A DNA stretch of 64,000 nt from NCBI GenBank assembly GCA_011523055.1, contig WTHQ01000016.1, forward strand, positions 26-64,025. The letters run 5' to 3'. Both the position numbers and the translations under genes were made by a program. The notes under the pieces are model-generated. The model was not told the DNA's origin. It searched no databases and saw nothing but the letters and a program-made list of their open reading frames with translations. Shown piece by piece: positions 46,440 to 55,654 of the stretch; positions within the stretch are counted from its first letter, which is position 1; each line of letters begins with the position of its first letter. This DNA comes from Methanobacteriota archaeon. Its GTDB lineage: Archaea > Thermoplasmatota > Poseidoniia > Poseidoniales > Thalassarchaeaceae.

Positions 46440-47480
46440 CGGGGGGTTCCTTGACAGCATAATCGCGATTGGCAGGGTTCTTTCATCAGACTCCAGGAGG
46501 ATCTTCATTATCACTGCCAATGGCACCCCAAGTATCATTCCAGTCAGGCCCCATGCCCAATACCAAAACGCCACAAGGAACAGCAATACTATGGGGGACA
46601 TGTCAAGCCTTTGGCCCGCGAGCTGGGGTTCTACGAAGCTACCCCAAAGCTGTTGATTCCCCATTAGAATAGCTACGATGGCGATGAAGCCGGCGAATGG
46701 GAGTTGAATGAACGCCAGGACGATCGGGGGTACGAACGAGAGGAGCGCCCCCAGATAGGGTATGAAATCTAGGATGAAAACTAGGAAGGCCCACATGAAC
46801 GCACCAGGGATGTTGAATGCATAGAGGGCGATCCAAGCGACTAGAGCTTGGCCGAATGCTACTGTTGCTTTCGTCTTAATGTACACGTTGATGTTCTTCT
46901 CGGCCTTGCTTGCTATGTTGTCAAAACGATTCGCCTCGTTTGGAAAGGCAGCCATAACCCTGCCGGGAAGAGATTCGGCCTCTAGGATGATGAATGCCAA
47001 AAAGATCAGCACTGTCAGCATGTTGGCGGTGAAAGAGGCCAGAGAACCTATGAATTCAGTCACTAACCTGTTTATCTCCTCGATAGAGAGGATGGTCTGC
47101 AGCCCCTCTAGATCAATGCTGTAGCCGAAAACCTCCAGTTCCTCAAGCCAATTTATCTTGTCATTGAACTTGGGTTCGAGACTGGGGACCTCGGATGAGA
47201 ACCCGGATAGGCTAGAGAAAAGAATCTGGCTCACTAGAATAATTACTCCCAAGAATGCCAGCATCACACCGGTGTAGGACAGCAGGGGGTGTCCGATCCT
47301 CCTCTCCAACCAAGCCGCTGGCGGCCTTACTGCGAAGAAAAGGAATACTGCAACCACCATGGGCTGGATTATGGCAGCGAGCTGTTTAATCGCGAGAACA
47401 GAGACGAATAGTAGGACTGCAAGGTTTGTTGTAGTTCGGAGTCTTAATCCACTTGTTCCCAGCCGCGACGCGTCACTCAT
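46401..47480 (-). CDS. AI-2E family transporter (PerM/UPF0118)
   Basis: It has about 8 hydrophobic segments. The conserved C-terminal block is FIPYLGALLSFVPPIVLAF...PIVLLFLVAFWYWAWGLTGMILGVPL. Confidence 0.78.
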   Translation of the reverse strand: MSDASRLGTSGLRLRTTTNLAVLLFVSVLAIKQLAAIIQPMVVAVFLFFAVRPPAAWLERRIGHPLLSYTGVMLAFLGVIILVSQILFSSLSGFSSEVPSLEPKFNDKINWLEELEVFGYSIDLEGLQTILSIEEINRLVTEFIGSLASFTANMLTVLIFLAFIILEAESLPGRVMAAFPNEANRFDNIASKAEKNINVYIKTKATVAFGQALVAWIALYAFNIPGAFMWAFLVFILDFIPYLGALLSFVPPIVLAFIQLPFAGFIAIVAILMGNQQLWGSFVEPQLAGQRLDMSPIVLLFLVAFWYWAWGLTGMILGVPLAVIMKILLESDERTLPIAIMLSRNPPSSVDDGNSDPVA

Positions 47481-47567
47481 GGTTTTATGAATGAGTACTT
47501 CAAAATGAAATGTTCGCCGTTTTTCTAGATAACCAGTGGTTAAGTGTGAGTGTGGACTAGCGCGCCC

Positions 47568-48305
47568 ATGGGAGATGGTCCACTTGACATTAGCGTCACG
47601 GTCCTGATTCCCACAAGGAATGAGGAAGAGGCCATACAGGAGACGATACGATCTGTCCCCAACAATGGCTGGTGCAAGGAGCTAGACTTCCTGATTATCG
47701 ATGCTGACTCAAGGGATAGGACCCGCGAACTTGCCGAGGCTGAAGGGGCTAAGGTGCATATCGAACGTAGAAGGGGTTACGGCAGGGCCTACAAAACTGG
47801 TTTCCCGATGGCAAAGGGCGAGGTTATCGTCACAATGGATGCCGATTGTACATACCCGGGCGAGGAGGTTCCCGCTCTTGTCAGGAAGCTGGTAGAGGAT
47901 GATCTAGACTGGATCACCTGCGACAGACTAAGCTTGGCGGAAGAGGGGTCGATGTCAGGGCTCCATGGGTTCGGGAATTGGGTCCTGTCGACAACTGCGA
48001 AAGTTTTGTTCTGGTACGGTGTAAACGATTCCCAAAGTGGAATGTGGGTGTTTCGGAAGTCGATATTCAACGACAAACGATTGAGGCCCAGGCATGATGG
48101 AATGCCCCTTTCCCAAGAGTTCAAGATTCGTGCTAGAAGGTACCTGGATAGGGGAAGAACCGCAGAAGTCAGCGTCCCCTACCGAAAGCGCGTGGGACAG
48201 GCCGAGATCAACACTTGGGGCGATGGACTTCTAAATCTGAGGTTCCTGTTCACCCATCGACTTGGCCTGACAAAGCAAATCACTGATTGGGGGCCTGAGG
48301 AATAG
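47568..48305 (+). CDS. Family 2 glycosyltransferase (dolichyl-phosphate sugar synthase-like)
   Basis: Motifs are ISVTVLIPTRNEEEAI, IIDADSRDRT and the DxD-type TMDADCTYP. The ATG at 47568 is preferred over the GTG at 47550. Confidence 0.8.
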   Translation: MGDGPLDISVTVLIPTRNEEEAIQETIRSVPNNGWCKELDFLIIDADSRDRTRELAEAEGAKVHIERRRGYGRAYKTGFPMAKGEVIVTMDADCTYPGEEVPALVRKLVEDDLDWITCDRLSLAEEGSMSGLHGFGNWVLSTTAKVLFWYGVNDSQSGMWVFRKSIFNDKRLRPRHDGMPLSQEFKIRARRYLDRGRTAEVSVPYRKRVGQAEINTWGDGLLNLRFLFTHRLGLTKQITDWGPEE

Positions 48306-48337
48306 TCATCCATTTGCACAGGGGACTTACCATGGGA

Positions 48338-51300
48338 TCAAGAATCAGGCCCACTTTGGTCTTGGAATGCGGCCCATGATTCTATCTCGGCGAGATCTGA
48401 CTTGATCGATGAGCGCCTGGAGAATGCTGCGTACGCCCCCAAAACTACGATTGCCGTTAGTCCTATTCCGGCCAGCTCAAGCATCTGGATCAGCAACAAC
48501 GAGTCGTCCTCACTCGATTCGATCGGGATGGTCTCCGTGATTGTCGGGCTAACCACGTCCCCATCTCTCGCCCAGACATCAACCCTGACCCAGTCGCCTC
48601 CATCTGGTGAGAATGAGAAGCTTCTGGACCAGATTCCATCGTCTGCTGTCTCATCCCCATTGGCACCATCGTCATTAAGCTCTACCATAATGGGGTAACC
48701 ACCTACTGTGAGCGTTGCTGAAACCTCGTTCGTGGTTCCGTCCAGATCCACCAGTGAGGTAGAGATATGAATCGTTTGGGCCACCCCCTCGATCAGAGTT
48801 GAAGGTGATATCTCAAGAGAGGAGATGGTTGGTGCGCTAGACCCTACCATGATTGAGGCAGCAGTTTGATTTGAGAATCCCTTTGAGTCAAGAGCCCTCA
48901 ATCTGATGATGTGGGGCCCAGGAGGTAAGTCGACCTCTAAGACCGGGGCGTTCCCGAGTATAGATCCGTCAGACAGCGACCACTCGATCAGAACGAGATC
49001 ATCGTCATGATCGATGGTTCCGAATGAGTCCAGGGTTATCGCCTGTCCAGGTGGTATGAACAGTCCGTCTGAGGGACTGGAGATCACTGGAACGGGAGGG
49101 CTTGGTCTGACTAGGACCGTCAGGCCTGTTGAGCGTTCCATGCCACTGGAGTCAATTGCCTTGATCGTGAGATTATGCTCTCCAGCAGGCAGATTGTGCA
49201 TGTGTATGCTTCCTGTTTTGATGCCCTCGGCGATTGGTTTAGTCAGCTTGTCAGAGGCAATTGTCACGATGTACTCATCACCATCAGCATCGAAAGAACT
49301 CCGGAGATCGAATGCCACCGGTTTGTCTGACTGGAATACCTGTCCTGGGACAGGGCTGTCTACTACGATGACAGGAGGGGATGAATTGACCGTGATGTTG
49401 GTGGTTGACTCCGAAACCTGGCCTATTCCATCATCCAGGATGAGTCTGATTGTCTGGTTGCCCGGCGGGAGCCTGGACTCGAAATTCCAATCTGTTGAAA
49501 GAGGCTCTAAGGTGCCGCCAAGCATCCAGGTCACCGAAACCAGATCGTTGAATCCAGTCCCTTGGGAGCACAGAAAGCCCACGCCGCCGTTTGGGAGGTT
49601 CGAACATGGCATGTCCCTATCTCCGGACCCAAGCGAGTTGAAGGCGATCAACTCTGATGAGTCGGTAACGTGGCCATCCTCTGGGAATGCAATTCTCGAT
49701 AGCGGGTTGGAGTTCATGACCTCGATGTAGAATTCAGCAGACTTGGATCGGCCTTGATTCTCCGGGCTGTCGTCCCACGCCTGAAGGGTAATTGTGTGCC
49801 CCCCCCTGGAAAGCCGACCTTCCCAAGAGACACCATCTACCTCGGCATTTCCACTCCAAATAGCCCCTTGAATGTCTGAGGTAATTGAAAGATAGAGTCC
49901 GTCTCCCTCGGGATCTTCAGTTCCTAGGAATGTAATTACGACCATGTCGTCTGATGTCGGACCGATCCGATTAACTTCGTACTCTATGTTTGGGAGTTGA
50001 TTGAAGTGGTCTACCCTGAAGGTCCATGATACTGGTTGGTTCGAGCCATCGCTTACCTGGACGGTGACGGTGAAGGTATCGTCCTGGGGGTCGAAGCCAA
50101 TTTCATGTGCTCTATCGCACGGGGGTTCAAGGGAAATATTCGAACCATATCCAGTTAGGATCCAACACTCAAGGATGTCATCTTCTGGATCTGAGGTCCC
50201 AGACAGGTCAATCGTCGCGTTCGCTGTCATGCCAAGACTCATGATTCCAAAGGGCGAAATCTCTGGCTTTGCATCGACCGTCATGGATGGGGGGAGATTT
50301 AGCAGTGTTATCTCTCGTTGTTCCACAGTGCATCTACCCGTGGAGTCACACACAGTCAAGGCGACAGTATGATCTCCATCACTAAGGGTTATGGTGGGGT
50401 CAGAGGGATCGTTTGCGACAAAGAAAGCTGTTCCGCTAGAGGAGTTAGCCAGGGGCCCGTCAATCGAGCTCGTCCAACTAAAGGAGAGTGTGTCATTATC
50501 CATGTCCCAGGAGTCTGTTGCATTGAAGACCACTCTCTGGGAGCTCCCGAATACTGAGTTTTCTTCTGGGCTTGACCAGATGATAAATGGTGCCTGGTTC
50601 GGTAGATCTATTGAGCACACAATCCCAAGGTCGCTGTCAAGTTGGACTTGTTCCATAGTCGCATGGAATCCCTCGTATGAGCAATTTGCAAGGACGTTGG
50701 CAGTCTGGCTCCATCCGTCGGAGCTCGTCCAAGACCTGCCTACGTATGGCCCAAGCATCGAGGTGCCTGAGTATGGTAGCGTATGGATAGAGTCCTCTTG
50801 AAGCTGATCGAACTCGAGGCTAATCGTGGCAAAGGGTATGCCGTATCCGTTCTGATTGGTGACTTCGACATCTATGAACCAAGAAATCATGAGTGCATCA
50901 CCTGAGTCATCCGAAAGGGGTGTTGATAGGTTCGTAGATGAGACCCAGTTCACATTACTTCCCGAAGACAGCGAGATGGTCGATGCACCCGGAATGGAAG
51001 TATGGACCATCGTGGTGTTGGAGGAAGAAAATTCGATAGTCTCGCCACCAAGGCACGAAAAGGAGTTGTCTCTTCCGTTCAATTGGGTGAAGTTGTAGAA
51101 GGAGGCGCAGCCAGTAGTCAACTCAAAACTACCGCCTTGGATGCTAGATGGGACTAGTCCACTTGCGGACCAATCAAACGAGGAGCCGATGAAATTGACA
51201 TCAGTGAGATGGCCATCAATTGATTGGAGTGAAACCTGTGAGTCAGAACCATTCGAACTAATGTCCGCAGTGCTAATCTCTATGTGACCCGGTCGCTGTA

Positions 51301-52918
51301 TACCAGATGCATCGGCCATTATCGCCATTCCGGAGGATGGATCCAAGGTCGTAATGTTCTGGAGCATGATGTCGATGGAGTCCTTGATTGAGAACCCGGA
51401 TCTATCACTTATTGACGTACACGAGACGCAGGCCACGTCCTTCCCGGAACTCATGACATCATTTGACCTGATGAAGAAGAAGCCCGCACCATCTTGGTCG
51501 GACGGGGCCCCTTGGCCGTTGAAGCTGGTGTTCGCATTCTCGATCCTTACGTTTGACGAGTCCGTGACTTTTACTCCAGCGAGTTGATTCGAGTTTGAGC
51601 TTACTCCGGTTACCTCTGGATGGAACTCTCTCAGGTCTATGCCAACGCCCCCTGATCTTTCCGCTGACCAATTGGTCCCAATCGCGCCTCCCTTCCATAG
51701 GAGTATCCCCGATCCTGCGGATTCTACGACGCTGATGTCGTCTAGTCTTACGGGCCAGCTCGCACTCCTGAGGTATACCCCAGAGGCATCAGGGGAACTG
51801 ATCGGGATGGTTCGTGAGCCATCGCCTCTAGATATCACGTTCTGGAATGTTGATGACCCGTCAATCATGTATGCCTTCAAACCCGGTGCGTGGTTCTCTA
51901 GTAATTCCAGGCCGTCAATTATAGCTCCACTTGTGTTGAGTTCCAATCCTGAAAGCCCGAGTCCGGGTGTTTGTGCAAATGGCCCTCCAGTTCCAATTAT
52001 CGTCGTGTTCCGGATAATCGCATTTACACTGAGCTCGTTCCACTTGGATCGATTGTACTGCTCAACCATCATGCCTCGGTATTTTGAGTTTGAGATCGTG
52101 ACGTTTTCCAACGTGGGCCTGGTCGTGAATCCTTCTGAAATGTGTCGTACATAGACTCCATTGTCTGAGTAGTCCGTTTCAGAATCTTTGATCAATATCA
52201 CGGAATCCTCCACCCATATTCCGGTAGACACGGCTAGGGTTGCACCCGAAACGCTCGAGATTGACATGTTCGAGAAAAGACCCCCTGATCCTCCCCAGAC
52301 ATTGAGAGCTCTCGTGATAAGTCCATTGGCGGACAGGCCATTCACGATGGGAGAGCTGCCGCTGCCTACCGATAGTCCAATCCCGTACCTCCATGTGTTG
52401 GATATTCCATGCACATCTTGGCCACCTCCATCAATAGTGAGATTATTGATGATAGGGTCCGAACCAGAGAACATGTCAACACCAACAAAATCTGGGTTGA
52501 AGATGGTAATGTTGCTCAGAATAGGATCTGAGTCCAATACAGATATTCCGTACGAGTTGTTTCGTATGACAAGATTTGAGATGCTAGACCCGAGCCCCCT
52601 GCTATCGTCCAGAAATCTAATTCCATTGTGCTTTCCCTCTATCGAGTTCAGACTCACTGGGTCTTCGAATTGCCCGACTATCGTGAGGCGTCCCTTCACA
52701 TCCAGAGACTCCCCATCACCCAATCTGATCTCCGTTCCGGGGTTGACGTGAACGACCTCGTTACTCTCGACGACCACCCCGTCCGGGAAATTTACAACCC
52801 CAGACCAGACTGATGTCGATGTCTGAGGTGTCCCAATTGGTGACAGGAAGGATAGCAACAACAGTGAGAGGACAAGGGAAATCCCTCTCGAGGGCCCGTG
52901 TTGGCTCCGATTTGCCAT
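48338..52918 (-). CDS. Giant (1526 aa) surface protein with a signal peptide, parallel beta-helix repeats, multiple PKD/Ig-like domains and a C-terminal TM anchor
   Basis: The N-terminus is ISLVLSLLLLSFLSPIGTP. Repeated short N/G/S-rich beta-helix rungs include NLVIRNNSYGISV, NITIFNP, NLTIDGG and VTISNS. Repeated approximately 90-100 aa units carry D-D-D-L-(F/Y)-W and DG-H-(I/V)-L motifs. The C-terminal TM is GIGLTAIVVLGAYAAF followed by SRRSS. Confidence 0.8.
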   Translation of the reverse strand: MANRSQHGPSRGISLVLSLLLLSFLSPIGTPQTSTSVWSGVVNFPDGVVVESNEVVHVNPGTEIRLGDGESLDVKGRLTIVGQFEDPVSLNSIEGKHNGIRFLDDSRGLGSSISNLVIRNNSYGISVLDSDPILSNITIFNPDFVGVDMFSGSDPIINNLTIDGGGQDVHGISNTWRYGIGLSVGSGSSPIVNGLSANGLITRALNVWGGSGGLFSNMSISSVSGATLAVSTGIWVEDSVILIKDSETDYSDNGVYVRHISEGFTTRPTLENVTISNSKYRGMMVEQYNRSKWNELSVNAIIRNTTIIGTGGPFAQTPGLGLSGLELNTSGAIIDGLELLENHAPGLKAYMIDGSSTFQNVISRGDGSRTIPISSPDASGVYLRSASWPVRLDDISVVESAGSGILLWKGGAIGTNWSAERSGGVGIDLREFHPEVTGVSSNSNQLAGVKVTDSSNVRIENANTSFNGQGAPSDQDGAGFFFIRSNDVMSSGKDVACVSCTSISDRSGFSIKDSIDIMLQNITTLDPSSGMAIMADASGIQRPGHIEISTADISSNGSDSQVSLQSIDGHLTDVNFIGSSFDWSASGLVPSSIQGGSFELTTGCASFYNFTQLNGRDNSFSCLGGETIEFSSSNTTMVHTSIPGASTISLSSGSNVNWVSSTNLSTPLSDDSGDALMISWFIDVEVTNQNGYGIPFATISLEFDQLQEDSIHTLPYSGTSMLGPYVGRSWTSSDGWSQTANVLANCSYEGFHATMEQVQLDSDLGIVCSIDLPNQAPFIIWSSPEENSVFGSSQRVVFNATDSWDMDNDTLSFSWTSSIDGPLANSSSGTAFFVANDPSDPTITLSDGDHTVALTVCDSTGRCTVEQREITLLNLPPSMTVDAKPEISPFGIMSLGMTANATIDLSGTSDPEDDILECWILTGYGSNISLEPPCDRAHEIGFDPQDDTFTVTVQVSDGSNQPVSWTFRVDHFNQLPNIEYEVNRIGPTSDDMVVITFLGTEDPEGDGLYLSITSDIQGAIWSGNAEVDGVSWEGRLSRGGHTITLQAWDDSPENQGRSKSAEFYIEVMNSNPLSRIAFPEDGHVTDSSELIAFNSLGSGDRDMPCSNLPNGGVGFLCSQGTGFNDLVSVTWMLGGTLEPLSTDWNFESRLPPGNQTIRLILDDGIGQVSESTTNITVNSSPPVIVVDSPVPGQVFQSDKPVAFDLRSSFDADGDEYIVTIASDKLTKPIAEGIKTGSIHMHNLPAGEHNLTIKAIDSSGMERSTGLTVLVRPSPPVPVISSPSDGLFIPPGQAITLDSFGTIDHDDDLVLIEWSLSDGSILGNAPVLEVDLPPGPHIIRLRALDSKGFSNQTAASIMVGSSAPTISSLEISPSTLIEGVAQTIHISTSLVDLDGTTNEVSATLTVGGYPIMVELNDDGANGDETADDGIWSRSFSFSPDGGDWVRVDVWARDGDVVSPTITETIPIESSEDDSLLLIQMLELAGIGLTAIVVLGAYAAFSRRSSIKSDLAEIESWAAFQDQSGPDS

Positions 52919-53029
52919 CGGCTCCCCTCCGAGGGGCTACGTTGTATGCTTTATGTTTCGATGATCCGTGATAAGCCAAAGGGAGGCATGATAAACACCA
53001 GGTCCTCCGGCTCGATCGAGGTTATAGGC

Positions 53030-53263
53030 ATGGAGACAGCCTTCGTCTTGATCAAGGCCCTTCCAATGATGGAAAAGGAGGTGTATGCTAGCCTCCTGCA
53101 AATGGATGCAGTAGTCGAGACACACTCGGTATACGGGGAGTATGACCTCGTAGCTAGGCTGGACTTCAGTGACTCCAAGGAAATGACCAGATTCTTGATT
53201 GAGGATATGAGGACCATCCCTGGCGTTGTAAAAACCGAGACACTGATTTCTGCAGAGGTGTGA
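53030..53263 (+). CDS. Stand-alone RAM (Lrp/AsnC ligand-binding) domain protein, 77 aa
   Basis: METAFVLIKALPMMEKEVYASLLQMDAVVETHSVYGEYDLVARLDFSD...IPGVVKTETLISAEV fits the AsnC_trans_reg fold pattern with no HTH. A GAGGT lies 8 nt upstream of ATG 53030. Confidence 0.65.
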   Translation: METAFVLIKALPMMEKEVYASLLQMDAVVETHSVYGEYDLVARLDFSDSKEMTRFLIEDMRTIPGVVKTETLISAEV

Positions 53264-53265
53264 TT

Positions 53266-53499
53266 ATGGCTGTCGGGTTTGTACTCATTACCACCTTACC
53301 CGGGGAGGAGGTGTCTGTCAGGAACAGTCTTGATTCAGTGGAGGGGGTAGTCGGAAGGTGGGTTGTTTTTGGCAGCCACGACCTACTCGTCAAGGTCGAG
53401 GGTGCCAACGAGTCAGAAATCACCAGAGTCGTGATCGAGGAAATTCGATCTCAGAAGGGGATAACCAACACGAGGACACTCATTGGCGCGGAGATCTGA
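53266..53499 (+). CDS. Stand-alone RAM (Lrp/AsnC ligand-binding) domain protein, 77 aa (paralog of the preceding gene)
   Basis: MAVGFVLITTLPGEEVSVRNSLDSVEGVVGRWVVFGSHDLLVKVEGAN...GITNTRTLIGAEI shows the same pattern. It starts 3 nt after the preceding stop. Confidence 0.65.
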   Translation: MAVGFVLITTLPGEEVSVRNSLDSVEGVVGRWVVFGSHDLLVKVEGANESEITRVVIEEIRSQKGITNTRTLIGAEI

Positions 53500-55618
53500 C
53501 TTCTCCATAGATCAGTTCGATGAGCCTCGAGGAGGCATTGCTACACCCGCAGGACCTCAGTAGCGAAGCTGCCTCTGACCAGTAGCGTAATCTTTGGTCT
53601 CGATCATAAAACCCCCTCCAATACCAAGAGAAAGCCTCTATTCTGAGGTGCTCCCTCCTAACTTGGATTTCATCTCGTAGGAAAATTGACTTGTGGCTTG
53701 CGATCAGCCAGTCAGGGGAAGATTGCCCTAGTGCCGCAAACACCCAATGAATGATCCTCAACTTCTCGTATTTTCCCTCAGTCTCGTAAATTCTCAACTC
53801 TATCTCTTCGTCGACGATATCGTCTATGGTTCTCAACCTGAGGCGGAGGTCTATCTCCTGGAGCCTCCTGTGGCCCTCTCCCAGAAGACCTGCTATTTCC
53901 GATCTGAGTGAGGCTGCTGTGATGGCATCCCCTAAATTTGATGCCACGAGATATTTCAGAATCAAAGATGAAGAAAGGAGTGCCCCATCCAGTTGTCCTG
54001 GATCGGCCTCTATTCGATCCAGCCTCTGGACGATTCTATCTCCAAGATCCTTGGATATGGGCCCTGGCAGGCGATCATCATACAACCTAACTGCCCCTCG
54101 GACCAATACCCTCGATTTCTCGGGCTCGTCTAACATCGAGAGCAGTGAATTCTCAGCCTCGGAATATTTTGATTCTTGGCCGAGCAGCCTGAAGCCCTCC
54201 ATCTCAATCCTCAAACGATCCACCTCCTCGCTGAGTCCCTCAGAGATCCCCAGTGCCGTCTTAGGCTCACCTAGGGCCAAAGCTGCTTGGGCGGAAAGTA
54301 TCCTCAGGTCATCCCTCTCCTCATGATCCAGTGCATCGCTTAGGAGCGTGGATGCCGCGGCTGGGCCCAGTTTTTCGAGCACTTCTTCCGCCAAGCTGTT
54401 TGAGATGCTCTGGCCCGAGAGAACTCTATGGTGCATCTCGTGCCCCCTGGCCTCGATGCCCTCTATCTCGGACCATCTCTCAGATAGCCGCTCGTGGATT
54501 GATTTGACTTCGGCTTCATCAAGCGAAGCTTGACGAACGTGCCTGATCAGGTGATGCGCTTCAAATCGTGGCCCGCTCCATTTTAGTATCGCGGCATTAT
54601 CCAAATGGTCTATTGATCGATTGGAGATGGAATCTCCCCGACGGACAGGGAAGGGCTCAATTGTCAATTCATCGAGTTCCTCGGCCGTGTCGGGATCCAG
54701 CCTATCTAGAATATTCGAGGATACGAAATCTGCAACAGGAGTCCCAGGAGCGGGAACCTCGTCACCCTCCCTCCACATCTGAATCGCAAGGGGATGGCCT
54801 CCAAGCGCAATCGCAACTTGCTTCGCTCTAGGTTCCTCCAAATGGGTCGCAATTCGAGTTGCTACCCCTATGTCCAACCCCTCGAGTGTGACTTTCTTTG
54901 CATTTGATAGGGAGGAGAAGGTGCTCGGGCTTCTTGTGACGAGGATTATTCTCAAGCCATTGACGTTCTCAATCAGAGTCTTGATGTTTTTTGCATGCCT
55001 CCTGTGTATCTCCTGAGCCTCGTCAAGAATGTATACTGAGTCCGGATCCAAGCAGTCTTCCAACTTTTCTAGATCCTCAGAAACCGGAAGGCTCGCCCAG
55101 GAGTCTATCAAGGACATCGTGCTTGTCAGTCGGCTTCCCTCATGCCACCTAACATCCTTATTCTGACCTTGGAGCCTCATCCCCACCATCTTTGCAACTG
55201 ATGACTTTCCGATTCCTGGGAGCCCTGTGATAATAACCACCCCGGGAGAGTCCAAGATTCCACAAATTTGCTCTACCTCAGAATTCCTACCAAACAGAGT
55301 TGGGCCTTTTTGAGACTGCTGTTTGGCCCCCCCTAATCGGTGAGCGAGGTCCAGACCCCTCTGAGTAATCAACAAAACCGTCCTCTTTCTTGCTTCACCG
55401 ATCACATTGCTCTTGATTCGATCGAGTAGACCTTTCGATTCAAGGCTGGAAACAGGATTGTGGAGTGCAGAGCGGACTACTCCAAGCCTCTTCGCAACTT
55501 CTGGAAGGGAGAGCTCTGGAGGGAGGTCTCTGCGTAAGTTTCTGTCCACTTCAATGTCTGCCAAGGCGGCCAGCAACCTTTCTTCCGGCCCAGTCAGCAC
55601 GAACGTGGGAAAAGCCAT
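53480..55618 (-). CDS. STAND NTPase of NB-ARC/AP-ATPase type with an N-terminal winged-helix DNA-binding domain and a C-terminal helical (TPR-like) repeat region
   Basis: The wHTH is LPEVAKRLGVVRSALHNPVSSLESKGLLDR, the P-loop is GLPGIGKSS and Walker B is VYILDEAQ. An RNBS-B-like RIILVTR and a GLPL-like GGHPLAIQ are present. The approximately 380-aa helical C-terminus is rich in L/E/R. Confidence 0.7.
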   Translation of the reverse strand: MAFPTFVLTGPEERLLAALADIEVDRNLRRDLPPELSLPEVAKRLGVVRSALHNPVSSLESKGLLDRIKSNVIGEARKRTVLLITQRGLDLAHRLGGAKQQSQKGPTLFGRNSEVEQICGILDSPGVVIITGLPGIGKSSVAKMVGMRLQGQNKDVRWHEGSRLTSTMSLIDSWASLPVSEDLEKLEDCLDPDSVYILDEAQEIHRRHAKNIKTLIENVNGLRIILVTRSPSTFSSLSNAKKVTLEGLDIGVATRIATHLEEPRAKQVAIALGGHPLAIQMWREGDEVPAPGTPVADFVSSNILDRLDPDTAEELDELTIEPFPVRRGDSISNRSIDHLDNAAILKWSGPRFEAHHLIRHVRQASLDEAEVKSIHERLSERWSEIEGIEARGHEMHHRVLSGQSISNSLAEEVLEKLGPAAASTLLSDALDHEERDDLRILSAQAALALGEPKTALGISEGLSEEVDRLRIEMEGFRLLGQESKYSEAENSLLSMLDEPEKSRVLVRGAVRLYDDRLPGPISKDLGDRIVQRLDRIEADPGQLDGALLSSSLILKYLVASNLGDAITAASLRSEIAGLLGEGHRRLQEIDLRLRLRTIDDIVDEEIELRIYETEGKYEKLRIIHWVFAALGQSSPDWLIASHKSIFLRDEIQVRREHLRIEAFSWYWRGFYDRDQRLRYWSEAASLLRSCGCSNASSRLIELIYGEVRSPRQ

Positions 55619-55654
55619 CAGTTCATTTCCCTTGGCCTCAGAGGGACAACAACC

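Noticed and set aside
49014-52751. Plus-strand ORFs of 238, 171, 187, 136 and 123 aa inside the giant surface-protein gene.
   Set aside because: All are antisense to an uninterrupted 1526-codon ORF that has a signal peptide, repeated domains and an anchor. Long antisense ORFs are expected in such repeat-rich, stop-poor sequence.
52919-52945. The inverted repeat CCCCTC-C-GAGGGG just outside the start of the giant surface-protein gene, a possible terminator or regulatory hairpin.
   Set aside because: The loop is too small for a stable hairpin. On the coding (minus) strand the sequence reads GGAGGGGAGCCG-ATG, so it is better explained as a Shine-Dalgarno-like element for that gene.
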